The notes beneath the pieces were generated by a model, which was not told the DNA's origin, made no database searches, and saw nothing but the letters and a program-made list of their open reading frames with translations. Below are positions 51,619-61,838 of a stretch of DNA of 64,000 nucleotides, one piece after another. A program made the translations under genes and the position numbers. Within the stretch, counting starts at the first letter, position 1; the number at the start of each line of letters is the position of its first letter. Source of the stretch: Terriglobia bacterium (GTDB taxonomy: Bacteria > Acidobacteriota > Terriglobia > JAJPHL01 > JAPKYU01); assembly GCA_965206645.1 (NCBI GenBank), contig CBDBKE010000004.1:1216001-1280000 (forward strand). The letters run 5' to 3'.

Positions 51619-54220
51619 TCAGGGCACCACAGGGATGGTCACAGGCGGATCCGGGTTGGCGACAATCCCGTCCTGCGTGAGGACCAGCGGGACCGCACCG
51701 CCCGGCGCGGCCCGGCGACACGATTCAGATCTTCTGCACCGGCCTGGGGGCGGTGGATGTGGCAGTGGAGACGGGAGCCCCGGGTCCCTCGTTCAGCACC
51801 GTCGAGGTGCCGGTAAAGGTGACGATCGGAGGGATTGACGCTGCGGTAGCCTTCCAGGGTCTGGCGCCGGGCTTTGTGGGGCTCAACCAGGTGAACGTGG
51901 TGGTGCCCGCCGGCGTTACGCCGGGTTCTGGGCTGTCACCTGCTGGAACGAGGCGTCCAGGATGGCGGCGTTCTCGCCGGAGATGAAGATGCCTGGCTGC
52001 CCAGCAGCAATCAGGTAGTTCTGCGGCGCCGTCAGCAAGCCGTCCACGGTGATGGCGACTGGAACGCTGTCGCCCGTGCTCACCTCAAACGGCAGCTGCG
52101 CGTTAATCTGCCCCGGGCCCACGAAAAACAGCGGTGCGTCCTGGTTGCCTACCCGCACGCTGACCCCGGCCAGCTCCCGCGGGAGCGGGAAGCCGGCAAA
52201 GTTGTTCTCGGTGGCAAAGCTCGCACCGAACAGGAAAATGATGCCGCCGCCAGACAGCGGCCGCCGCTTCGTGAAGCCGGCTCCTTCCACCACCCCGTCG
52301 GCAAACAACAGCGGCAAACTCGCATCCCCCGGTGCGGTGGCCGTCTCCACCGTAAAGGTGCGCTGCGCCTTGGTAAGGGTGGGATGCAGCGCCGCAAAGG
52401 CGACCGTCACCTCGTCCGCCGCGCTTACCGGCGTCCACGTGCCGCTGTAAAAACCGGTGCCCAGCGTGCGCAGCGGGATGTTTAAGCCTTCGACGGCTGC
52501 CACCAACGTGGCATTGTTCACCGCGGTACTGCAGTCGTCCACCACCAACGCGGTCAACACCCGGGGAAAGGAAACCGGCAGGCTCAGGCCACTTCCGATG
52601 GTCGTGGCCAGCAACTCCATCCCTTCCGGAGCGCACTGGGCCGCGCCGGGCAGACCCAGCGCCTGCGCCCGCAGCGCACTTCCCTGCTCCACCACAAGCA
52701 ACAACACTTCCACCTTTAGCTCCACCCCGAAGGTGCTCAGCATCCCACGATACAGGCCGAGGGGCAGCCCAGAAGGATTCGCTAAGACCGTGACCTCCCC
52801 TGGAGCGGAACCAGCCTGCCCTGTCAGGTTCAGCCAATTGCCACCGGAAGTGGTCGAGGCTATGAAGATATAAGAAAGCGTCCCGCCGCCGACGTTGCTG
52901 ATCGCAACGGTTTGAGCTGGCGGAGCCGGCTGGCCCTGTTCAGCCACAAACACCAGCGCGGTCGGGCTGATCTCGGCCGTTGCCGGGGTAGCGCCCGGCA
53001 CTGTCAAAAGCACGACCGTCACCACCTGTGGGTTGTTACTGGCCCCCGAGGCCGATACCGTCAGCAGCGCGCTGTTGACGCCGGAACCGAAGCTCGAGGG
53101 ATCGGCCGTCAGTTCGACAGAAGCGCCCGGGGCTCCAGCGGTAGCGGTTCCAGACTGGGCGGAAGCTGTCAGCCAGGAAGGCAGCACGGAAAGCGACCAG
53201 TTCAGCGTTCCGTCTCCTTCATTGGAAATGGTCAGCGTTTGCGATGGCGTAAGGGGTCCGCTGCTCACGCTTTGAAACAGGAACGCGGTCTGGCTCACCG
53301 ATAACCTGGCGCCAGCCGGCCGGACGACCACCGTCACTGGAAAGATCACCGTCGGGTTGCTGGTGACCGCAATCTCGGCCTGATACGTGCCTGGACCCGG
53401 CAGCTTGGTGGCATCCACCTGTCCTGTCACGCGCGACGGTTGATCCGGAGTGGCGCTACCCGACATAGGACTGATGTTGAGCCAGTCGGTCCCAGCCGAA
53501 CTCAGTAACGTCACGCTCGCGGTCCAGTTCACCACGTTGCTGACGCTTGCGATCTCGAAGGTGGGGATACCCTTGCTACTGGAACCTTGCAGGGCTGGAG
53601 TGCCCGGGGCCTGGACTTCGAAGCTGAAGCTCGGCATCTCCGTGGGTCCCGTGGTCAGGCTAATGGTTTCGGGAGAAAGACCCGGAGGGTCCGGAACAGG
53701 TGCAGGACCTCCTCCCTCGAAGGTGAGGTTGTCGAAGGCAAAGCGATCGGCTAGCTCTGCGTTGGGAAAGGTAATGATGGCCCGCTTAACGGGCGTGCCG
53801 GAATAGTTGAACTGTCCCTCTGAAAAGCTAACCAGGGGGCTTGTGTTCACTGGGGTAACGCCCAGGGACATCAATGCTGAATCAAAAAGCTCTACCGCGA
53901 ATCCGGGCGTTAAGGGATCGAAGGTAACTCGCGCCACGCCAAACTGAAGCGTCGCTGTGGGTACGTCGAAATCCAATGTCAGGATACCTGCTGCGCCGCC
54001 CTCTAGAAGTGGCGACTGAAGAAAGGTGATAGCCCCCGGACCTGTCTGGCCGAAAGTGGCATCGGTCCCGGTGTAACCAAGAAGTGACCCCCTTGAGACT
54101 CAGGCCATCCACTGGCTGAGGAGCCAACTCGTCGAAGGTCACTATTACTACTTGCGCCGAGGCACCGCTGCCAAGAGCGAGGATGAGTCCAACAAATAAG
54201 ATCAGACGTGACTTCTTCAT
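51619..54220 (-). pseudogene. Secreted BACON-repeat protein with Solibacter-type TIGR03437 C-terminal domain, disrupted by a frameshift near 54085 and an internal inversion at 51701-51925
   Basis: Signal peptide MKKSRLIL; BACON-like WL repeats; PLFFVGPGQINAQLP; C-terminal CTGLG and GLNQVNVVVP lie on the opposite strand. Confidence 0.8.
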
Positions 54221-54472
54221 CTTGATGCTCTCCCTGTAACGAGAATCTCCGATCCGAGCTTTTTTCCGCCCCCAAGCATACGCCAGCCGCACTGCTGACT
54301 CAAGCGGGGAAACCCAGGGCCTCCGTCATCGACAGAATCGCACCCACATCGGACACTTTCGGGAGGCACACTGGGCAAGCTGTGTATATTGGATTTTGCA
54401 GACCCTAGAAGATCTCCGTGCCTTGCCCACCATGCGACCCTCGCAGCCGTTTCGCAGACGAGCAAAACGGAA

Positions 54473-56566
54473 TCATCTGGTCAGTTCGTCGGCGAGGGTT
54501 GGAGCGTCGTAGATTTTGCGGAGGGCCTCAAGGACAGCCTGGGCGCTAACGGAAACGGCACGGGCCTGGGTGTCGGAATACGCAAACTCGTTTCCCAGGC
54601 CTTGGATATTCGAGTCGAAGATGATGCCGACGACTTCGCCGTTGCCGTCAATGACGGGACTGCCCGAGTTGCCGCCGGTGATGTCGTGGGTGCTGACAAA
54701 GTTGAGGGGAAGGGCAAGGTTCAGTTTTTGCTTTCGAGCCAGCCAGCGCGGAGGCAACTCCCATGGCCGGAGGTTTTCATGTTCGGCGGCGCGCTGGAAA
54801 AGACCTCTGAAGGTACTCGCGTAGGGAACCTCCTGGCCGCTTTCCTGGTAACCCTTCACGCTGCCAAAGCTCACTCGGAGGGTGAAGGTGGCGTCAGGGT
54901 AGCCGGCGGTGCCTTCCAGGGCGCGAATCGCCTGGAAAAGTTTGGCATAAGCTTGACGTTTGCGTTCGTTACTTTCCTCGGCAATCTTCCTCAGCCGGCG
55001 CGCGGCAGGATCGACAGCCAGCGCCAATCCGATCATTGGATCCTCCGACGCTTTGACAGCTTCGAGGCCTCCCTCAGCAAGCTGGCGGCGAAAGGCAACG
55101 TCTTTCACTTTTGTTCCATCGACCAGCTCATAGGCTCGCTCCCTGGGACTTTTTCCCGCGAGCACCTTTTTCACCAGATCGTTCCCAGCACCGAGTTTCT
55201 CGACAAGTAGAGCCAGGGAGTCGCTGAGCGTGGTCACTTCCAGGTTTTCGTAGATGGGCGCAGGGGAGAAAAGGACCTGTTCGAGCGAAGGGATGTTGGC
55301 GTCGCTGTACTCCCGGAGTCGCTCGGCGTTGGGTTTTTCGCGCTCTGCCGTCAGGCGCACCAGGGTTCGCGCAATGCGGAAGAGCCGCGAGTAGAAACCG
55401 TAGCCACGCTCGAGCAATTGCCATTCCTGATTGATGCGAGCACGATCCGCTTCGGCCTGTGCGATCTCGTCCCAGCCGCTTCCGTAACGGGAGTGGAGTT
55501 CAGAGTTCTCTTGGAGACGGGCCCGCAGCGCAGCTTCGGACTCTTCTTTGACGCGCATAAAAACCGGGTCTTGGAGTTTTTGGAGGAAACCCGTGTAGGC
55601 CTTTCGGGCGTTCTGAACACTGAAAAGCCGCTTGTCGGCGATGCGGGCCTGTTCGGCACCTTCGAAGCTAAACTGCTGTAAGGCAATCTCAAACCTGCGC
55701 AGGAGGTTCAACAGGTTCGGATAGGAGGTATCGCGCAAGAACTTGATGGTGGCAACCGTGTCCTGACGCTCGGTTCGCCCCGGGTGCCCCGTCACGAAGA
55801 CGAGTTCTCCATCCTGAAGAGGTTCAGTGCGCCAGGCAAAGTAAGCCTCGGGAGTGACCGGCTTTCCCTGGTCGTAGGCGCGAAAGAGTGCAGCATCTAG
55901 AGTGAAGCGGGGAAACTCGAAGTTGTCCGGGTCGCCACCAAAGCGGGCCGCGTCCAGCTCCGGAACAAAAACGAGCCGTACGTCGGTGTATCGCTTGTAG
56001 CAGTAGAGGTGATAGCGGGCACCGTGCCAGAGGGTGACGACCTGGCATTCAAGGCCGGTGTTTTCGGATTCGGCACTTTCAAGCGTGTTCATCAAAGCGC
56101 GGCGGGCGGGGCTGGCCTCGGAGGGGGCCATCTCGGGCTCCACGGAAGACTCAACCTTCTGGGTGACGTCGCGAATGGTTTGTAAAACATTCAGTTCCAT
56201 GTCAGGGCACTTTTTTTCCTTGACCTGGGTGGTGGCGACAAAGCCGTTTTTTACCAGGTTGTCTTCCTCACTGCTCAGCTTCTCGACGCAATCGAGAGCA
56301 ATGTGATGATTGGTGAAGACCAATCCTTGAGAGGATACAAAGGAGCCTGAGCCGTTGGGGAAGCGTACCGAGGCGTGCTGGAGGAGCTTGAGCCATTCAG
56401 GAGTGGGTGAAAAGCCGTAGCGAGTTTGCAGGGTCTCGAGTGGGAGCCCACCTGGCAGATACATCCCCTCCTCAGCCGATAATGGCAGGCATCGAATGCC
56501 CCAGAGGAGTGAGAAAGCCGCTAAGAATGTTCCAATAGAAATTTTTGATTTCAACTTTTGCTCCAC
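54473..56566 (-). CDS. S46 family dipeptidyl peptidase
   Basis: EEGMY, FTNHH, FGGDPDN, GHPG, DITGGNSGSP. Confidence 0.93.
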   Translation of the reverse strand: MEQKLKSKISIGTFLAAFSLLWGIRCLPLSAEEGMYLPGGLPLETLQTRYGFSPTPEWLKLLQHASVRFPNGSGSFVSSQGLVFTNHHIALDCVEKLSSEEDNLVKNGFVATTQVKEKKCPDMELNVLQTIRDVTQKVESSVEPEMAPSEASPARRALMNTLESAESENTGLECQVVTLWHGARYHLYCYKRYTDVRLVFVPELDAARFGGDPDNFEFPRFTLDAALFRAYDQGKPVTPEAYFAWRTEPLQDGELVFVTGHPGRTERQDTVATIKFLRDTSYPNLLNLLRRFEIALQQFSFEGAEQARIADKRLFSVQNARKAYTGFLQKLQDPVFMRVKEESEAALRARLQENSELHSRYGSGWDEIAQAEADRARINQEWQLLERGYGFYSRLFRIARTLVRLTAEREKPNAERLREYSDANIPSLEQVLFSPAPIYENLEVTTLSDSLALLVEKLGAGNDLVKKVLAGKSPRERAYELVDGTKVKDVAFRRQLAEGGLEAVKASEDPMIGLALAVDPAARRLRKIAEESNERKRQAYAKLFQAIRALEGTAGYPDATFTLRVSFGSVKGYQESGQEVPYASTFRGLFQRAAEHENLRPWELPPRWLARKQKLNLALPLNFVSTHDITGGNSGSPVIDGNGEVVGIIFDSNIQGLGNEFAYSDTQARAVSVSAQAVLEALRKIYDAPTLADELTR

Positions 56567-56643
56567 TCAATATTCTACGCCAGCCGCCCCCTTGCTGGCA
56601 CGAACTATAACCAAACCGACTCTGGAACAGGCTATTGCAGTAT

Positions 56644-57219
56644 TTATTGCTGATCCGTCGCGCGGTGTGCAAAGCGAGCGCGAAGGGTTCTCACAAAAGC
56701 GTTATCGGCCGAGGAAGAAAGCATTTCGAGGGGCGAAAAGCCTTGCTGCCAAGCTACGTAGAACGTCGCCAAAAGCAGCACGAAGGTAATAAGAAAATTC
56801 GGCCAGGCATTCAGCGCCCATTGGCCTTCCCAGGTCCATTCCCAAGCGCGCGAGAAAGGCAAAAGGTAAGGAATCGGCCACTGGTAACCGTCCGGGCCGC
56901 GGGCACCGAGGAGATCACCCAGCAGGTGCAAGTGAAAACTCAAAAAGGCCAGCGCCGCAGTTTTCCACCGACGCGTGGCCAGGGCGAAGCTGACCGACGC
57001 CACCACGACAGCAAAAGTCAAGTTGTGAAATGTATGGTGATAGTCGGAGAACCAATTAAGAGGATGCGAGCTATTCTGCGTGAGGACTTCAGGGATGGCG
57101 CCTAAACCATCGATGTCGGGAATCACGCCGGCGACGCTTACCGCCGTGCGTTCACGGCGGTTCAAACCGCCAGTGTTGGCAACCATCCATCCCACAAGGG
57201 AATGGGTCGCTGGGCTCAT
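56644..57219 (-). CDS. Metal-dependent hydrolase (YdjM-like inner membrane family)
   Basis: MSPATH, PDIDG, HHTFHN, HLHLLGD. Confidence 0.8.
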   Translation of the reverse strand: MSPATHSLVGWMVANTGGLNRRERTAVSVAGVIPDIDGLGAIPEVLTQNSSHPLNWFSDYHHTFHNLTFAVVVASVSFALATRRWKTAALAFLSFHLHLLGDLLGARGPDGYQWPIPYLLPFSRAWEWTWEGQWALNAWPNFLITFVLLLATFYVAWQQGFSPLEMLSSSADNAFVRTLRARFAHRATDQQ

Positions 57220-57295
57220 CGGCGTGTCCTCGAGATTGCTGGGATAATTTTAGACTCGCATGGAGATATAAAGCCAACGAGCCCGCTGTTAGGCT

Positions 57296-58471
57296 TTAGA
57301 GCCTTAGGGTGCAGTCGACCCAAGTGCCGCCGGCTTGGCCCGATTGCAGTGCCGCCTCCATAAACCTCACGCCCCTTGCGCCGTCTTCCACGGTCGGGAA
57401 GTCGAGCTCTGGATCGGCTTCGGTTCCCGTTCGCCGAGCGGCGATCGCTTCGGCGGCGTCGGTGTAAAGGGTCGCGAAAGTTTCATGATAGCCTTCCGGG
57501 TGGCCGAACCCGGCCCGCGTCACTCTTTGGCTTGCCGGCAGCAAACCGGGGCCGCCTCGTTCCAGCACCTGAACAGGTTGTCCCACGGGAGCGAAGCGCA
57601 AATGGTTGGGGAGCTCCTGATACCACTCCAGCCCGCCTTTTTCACCGTGAACGCGGATCATGAGACCATGGCAAGCGCCGGCGGCAGCCTGAGTAGCCCA
57701 CATCATGCCGTGGGCTCCGTTGTCGTAGCGCAACAAGAAGGCAGAATAGTCGCAAAACTTGCGTCCCGGCACGACGGCGTCAAGATCGGCGCACAACCGG
57801 CTCAGCTTCAGCCCCGTTACGTACTCAGCCAGGTGGTGGGCGTGAGTCGCGATGTCGCCTACTACATAAGGAGCTCCAATCGCATCGGGGTCCATCCGCC
57901 ATGAACCGCGCCACAGGTCCTCCACCCACCTTATGAGATGTCCCTGGACGTATTCGGTTTGTACGATGCGGATCTCTCCCAGCGCGCCGGCCTCCACCAT
58001 TGCTTTTGCCTGCCGCACCATCGGATAAGCGCTGTAGTTGTAGGTCACACAACAAACGAGCCCGCTGTTGCGTACCCGGCGGACCAGGTCAACTGCGTCC
58101 TCTACCTTGGTAGTTAGCGGCTTGTCACAGATAATGTCGACGGTGCGGTCTATTGCGGCTCTACATTGCGCGTAGTGACTCCCGTTCGGCGTCATAATAG
58201 CCAGGACTTCGATACCGTCCTTCCGTCCGGCCTCGCTGTCCATCATTTCCTCAAACCGGCTGTAGGCTCGATCTTTGGGCATCCCGATGTCCCTTCCGGC
58301 GGCCCGCGAGCGTTCTGGATTCGACGACAGCACGGAGGCGACAACCTCGTAACGGTTGTCGAGCCGTGAGGCAACTCGATGGATCTCACCGATGAAAGAG
58401 CCGGGGCCACCGCCCACCACGCCTAGGCGCAGGCGCCGACCAAGCTTGCCAATCACGGGATTTCCTTCCAT
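57296..58471 (-). CDS. Gfo/Idh/MocA family oxidoreductase
   Basis: GVVGGGPGSFIG, TPNGSH, CDKP, DIATH, GHPEG. Confidence 0.9.
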   Translation of the reverse strand: MEGNPVIGKLGRRLRLGVVGGGPGSFIGEIHRVASRLDNRYEVVASVLSSNPERSRAAGRDIGMPKDRAYSRFEEMMDSEAGRKDGIEVLAIMTPNGSHYAQCRAAIDRTVDIICDKPLTTKVEDAVDLVRRVRNSGLVCCVTYNYSAYPMVRQAKAMVEAGALGEIRIVQTEYVQGHLIRWVEDLWRGSWRMDPDAIGAPYVVGDIATHAHHLAEYVTGLKLSRLCADLDAVVPGRKFCDYSAFLLRYDNGAHGMMWATQAAAGACHGLMIRVHGEKGGLEWYQELPNHLRFAPVGQPVQVLERGGPGLLPASQRVTRAGFGHPEGYHETFATLYTDAAEAIAARRTGTEADPELDFPTVEDGARGVRFMEAALQSGQAGGTWVDCTLRL

Positions 58472-58633
58472 TGTCTCCCTACCGGCGAAATCCAGCGCGC
58501 AGCCATTGCCAAGCCGGACTGGTTCGCTGGTAAAACCACGCCCCGCCGAGGTGGCAGGATAAATACGCGTTCCGCACAAAACTTCTGGTCAGGGAAATGT
58601 CATCATGCATTGCGGAGGCTTCGAACCGATGCT

Positions 58634-59893
58634 TTATTTCAAATACTTTTCTGCGGTACGACGAAACATGGAAGCATGTTTTTCCACCGCCTCTAAATCA
58701 TCGGTGACAGTCAAACCAAACCCGGAACTTAGGCCTGGGTCGCGCACGCCAATACTAATGTTCAACGACCGTGCTAATAGGGCGTCCGTTTGCGGCAGCA
58801 TTCCCTTCCAGTAGCGAATTTCCTTTCCATTCTTAGCGTAATACTGGAAACAAGTGAACGGATATTGAACGGCATTAGCCGTCCGCAGCTCCATGAGCTG
58901 CTCCATATTGTTATAGACATGCCAGCCCGCCTCAGCCGCTACTTTGGTCTTTAGCTCCTTGGCTATTTTCTTGGCAACTTCCGCTGTAGGGAGGATAACC
59001 GTCAGCATGGTTGCTAAATCGCCTTCTGGATCGAGAACCTCCCGGAACTCGAGGCCAGGTAGGTCACTGATCAGTTCCTTATATCGCTTCTTGTTAGCTT
59101 GCAGGCGGCTCACGATATGAGGAAGTTTTCGGAACTGGGCTAAGAGGACTGCTGCCTGCAGCTCAGTGAAGCGAAAATCGAGACCGAAAAAAGGGCGCTT
59201 CCCGATTTCGACGCCTGTGCGCAGTGGGGAGTGGCCCTGATCGTGGAAGGCGAAGCATCGTTTGTAAAGCTCTTCATCATCCGTGATGACCATGCCCCCT
59301 TCACCCGACGTGATGGTCTTGTAAACATTGAAGCTGAGGGTTCCTACCTTGCCGACGGACCCGACAGGGCGTCCCTTCGAGGAAGCGCCAAAGGCCTGGG
59401 CGCAGTCCTCAATCAGAACCAGGCCGTGCTCGTCCGCAATCGCCTTGAGTTCGTCCAGCCGAGCCGGGTTTCCCATCATATGTACGGCCATAATGGCTTT
59501 TGTGTGTGGAGAAATCTTTGCTCTGACGTCTCCGGGATCAAGATTGAAGGTCCGATCAATTTCAGCCAGTACCGGGATGGCTCCTGCATAGACGATTGAC
59601 GAAATACTGGCTATGAACGTGAAACCCGGCACAATGACTTCGTCTCCCGGGCCAATCCCCAACCCACACAGGGCCGTCAGCAGAGCTGACGTTCCGGAAT
59701 TGACAGCTACGGCATAGCGAACCTTGGAGTATTTCGCTATCTCCTGCTCGCATTGATAAACCTTGCCCTGAAATCTGGGGTCCACTTGCGCGCCCAATGA
59801 GATCCCATACCGAAAGAGGTACCCCCCTCTCATTACCTCCAACACTTCCTGGACTTCCTCTTCCCCGATGAACTCCATTCCAGGTCCCGGCAT
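58634..59893 (-). CDS. DegT/DnrJ/EryC1/StrS family aminotransferase
   Basis: NSGTSAL, GPGDEVI, IEDCAQ, SFNVYKTITSGEGG. Confidence 0.92.
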   Translation of the reverse strand: MPGPGMEFIGEEEVQEVLEVMRGGYLFRYGISLGAQVDPRFQGKVYQCEQEIAKYSKVRYAVAVNSGTSALLTALCGLGIGPGDEVIVPGFTFIASISSIVYAGAIPVLAEIDRTFNLDPGDVRAKISPHTKAIMAVHMMGNPARLDELKAIADEHGLVLIEDCAQAFGASSKGRPVGSVGKVGTLSFNVYKTITSGEGGMVITDDEELYKRCFAFHDQGHSPLRTGVEIGKRPFFGLDFRFTELQAAVLLAQFRKLPHIVSRLQANKKRYKELISDLPGLEFREVLDPEGDLATMLTVILPTAEVAKKIAKELKTKVAAEAGWHVYNNMEQLMELRTANAVQYPFTCFQYYAKNGKEIRYWKGMLPQTDALLARSLNISIGVRDPGLSSGFGLTVTDDLEAVEKHASMFRRTAEKYLK

Positions 59894-60108
59894 TTGCAAT
59901 ACTCTCCTTTGAGCTCTTTCGACCCCCTGCCAAACCACGCGCAGTAGAGCAATTTTGCCCTAAAAGCGGCCTTAAAAAGCCATCCTACCCTAGACCGGAA
60001 CCCAAGCTGCGGTCAACGTTTTTCGGCCCAGGGTGCCGCTCGAAAGGTAGCTGCGCCGGCGCTGGAGGTAATACGGGAATGTCAGGGAGGGCTCGGAAAC
60101 GTAATGCC

Positions 60109-60429
60109 TCACAGGTTTTCCGCCTCGCGGAGTTCCACGCCGAATTCAAAATTTCCATTTTCGTTGCGCTTGATCTCACACCAAATAACTTTGCCGATCC
60201 CGCTTCGCTCCTCTGAGGGCAGCACGGTGACAATTACTTCCTGATTCACATTCAAGGCCTGCTTGCCCTCGATTCTGGCGCCCTGCTTACCTAGCACGAG
60301 CGTCCAGGCAACAAGAGTCCGAAACGTGCCCTTCTCCTCCTTGATTCCCAGTCGTACCGGAACACGCATGGGAACGCGGGTACTTCGTCGCGCCCCTAAG
60401 CTTAGATGGTCAGGGGTCATTCCATCCAT
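60109..60429 (-). CDS. PilZ-like domain protein
   Basis: RRSTR motif, GKVIWC, FGVE; the D/NxSxxG motif is degenerate. Confidence 0.65.
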   Translation of the reverse strand: MDGMTPDHLSLGARRSTRVPMRVPVRLGIKEEKGTFRTLVAWTLVLGKQGARIEGKQALNVNQEVIVTVLPSEERSGIGKVIWCEIKRNENGNFEFGVELREAENL

Positions 60430-60567
60430 TCTAGCATCTCCATCTCTGGTCGGCTCTCACAGACCGGCGCACGAGATTGGAGCAACCTGGCTTTATCTTG
60501 ACCGATCAGCTGGCGCAACAGTCCAGGGACCCGCGAAGCGGGACCGGACGTTTATTGAACGAGACTA

Positions 60568-60945
60568 TTAGACTTCCCAGAGGTCTACGATGCGGGAGGT
60601 GGTGACCAATTCGCCGTCCGCCGGCGCAAACTCCAGATGCATTCCCCGGCCGATGAAGCCCAGCTTGATCATGGAGCCCCCCCAGGTGGAACCGTGAATG
60701 CAGGCCGGACGCGGGGAGGGGCAAAACTCGGGATGGCCAGAGATCAGCACTTGGCCTTGCCCCTGATTCAAGATGCGGTACCGGCGATTCTGGGTCTGCA
60801 ATTCCAGAGTTGCTCCTTCTGGTAGAGCGTTCAAGTAGACACCGCCCTCAATTTCCGACTGGATGATGTTGCGGTTAATCTTCTTGCTCAGACCCGGATG
60901 GGGGGCGAATAGCCTGGGCCCGGGCACGATGCCAGTGTTCATCAC
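60568..60945 (-). CDS. Conserved hypothetical protein
   Basis: Coherent ORF ([20 protein letters not shown]); no function assigned. Confidence 0.6.
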   Translation of the reverse strand: MMNTGIVPGPRLFAPHPGLSKKINRNIIQSEIEGGVYLNALPEGATLELQTQNRRYRILNQGQGQVLISGHPEFCPSPRPACIHGSTWGGSMIKLGFIGRGMHLEFAPADGELVTTSRIVDLWEV

Positions 60946-61052
60946 GGCAATTATACCCTATGGGACTCTTGGACAGCTACCGTGTTCGTTTCGGCATCGA
61001 GCTGCGGGCCTGGTATGCCAAGAAAAGTAAAGGCGGGGTCAGAGTGGGGGTT

Positions 61053-61280
61053 TCAAGGAGAGTTAGCGGGCAGTCGACGCCGAAGCTTGCGCCGTCTCCA
61101 TCCGGCGCGGGCATTTCGCGCCGTCGCCCGCAGCCGGCGCGCCCAATGGAAATGCCGGCTCAGCAGAGCCAGGCCAGGGACCAGGAACAGCCACCCCGGC
61201 ACGATCGGCAGCAACAAGCCCGCCAAGCCCAAACCAACTAGCACAAGTCCACCCGCAATGCGTACAGGGGCTCGAAGCAT
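61053..61280 (-). CDS. PGPGW-type small membrane protein
   Basis: GLLLPIVPGW..GLALLSRHFHWARR. Confidence 0.7.
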   Translation of the reverse strand: MLRAPVRIAGGLVLVGLGLAGLLLPIVPGWLFLVPGLALLSRHFHWARRLRATARNARAGWRRRKLRRRLPANSP

Positions 61281-61282
61281 GA

Positions 61283-61561
61283 TTATCGGCGAGCGCACGG
61301 CACAGATTGCACCCGCCGGGACTGGCAGCGGGCGCAGTAATCTGCGTAAGGACGCTTCAACAGCTCGCTCCTAGGGATCACCAGAAAGCAGCCGTGGCAG
61401 ATGCCATAGGTACCCTGGTTGATCCGCTCCAGGGCACCTTCGATTTGTTGCAACAGCACCGAGCGCTTCGGCGTTCTGCTCCGGCGCAGTGCCGGTCGGC
61501 TCACTTGAACTTTTAGTTTAGCCAATGCCGACCTGAATTCGCCAGCAGTATCTAGGTTCAT
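61283..61561 (-). CDS. TraR/DksA C4-type zinc finger protein
   Basis: IEGALERINQGTYGICHGC..PYADYCARCQ. Confidence 0.75.
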   Translation of the reverse strand: MNLDTAGEFRSALAKLKVQVSRPALRRSRTPKRSVLLQQIEGALERINQGTYGICHGCFLVIPRSELLKRPYADYCARCQSRRVQSVPCARR

Positions 61562-61650
61562 TGCTGTCGCTCGCCGGGTTTCCCGTAATGGGAAGAGTAA
61601 TTTAGTAGTCTCCACCGGAATTTCCATTTCGAGCTTCCTCTTCACCCGAA

Positions 61651-61679
61651 AAGCTATGCCTCGCACCCTGTCGTGTCAA
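61651..61679 (-). promoter_or_regulatory. Outward-facing sigma70 promoter in the IS1380 end (copy 2)
   Basis: Minus strand TTGACA-17 nt-TAGCTT. Confidence 0.65.
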
Positions 61680-61838
61680 CCGCAAACAGCTCTGGCCTCT
61701 TTGAGGTGGTAGTGCGGCACATTTTGGCTGTTCTTCGGAGTCGCTGTGCGGGGTTCGCCTGCCCAGCCTGCCGCGCCGCTGACACTTATCCGGCCCGACC
61801 ACTTCTGAGCACCTAAAATTACCCTCTCTCCCGGTTCG

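Noticed and set aside
61562-61666. Longer TraR/DksA ORF starting inside the IS
   Set aside because: The extension comes from IS-end sequence; ATG 61561 is the more plausible start, though the native 5' end may have been clipped
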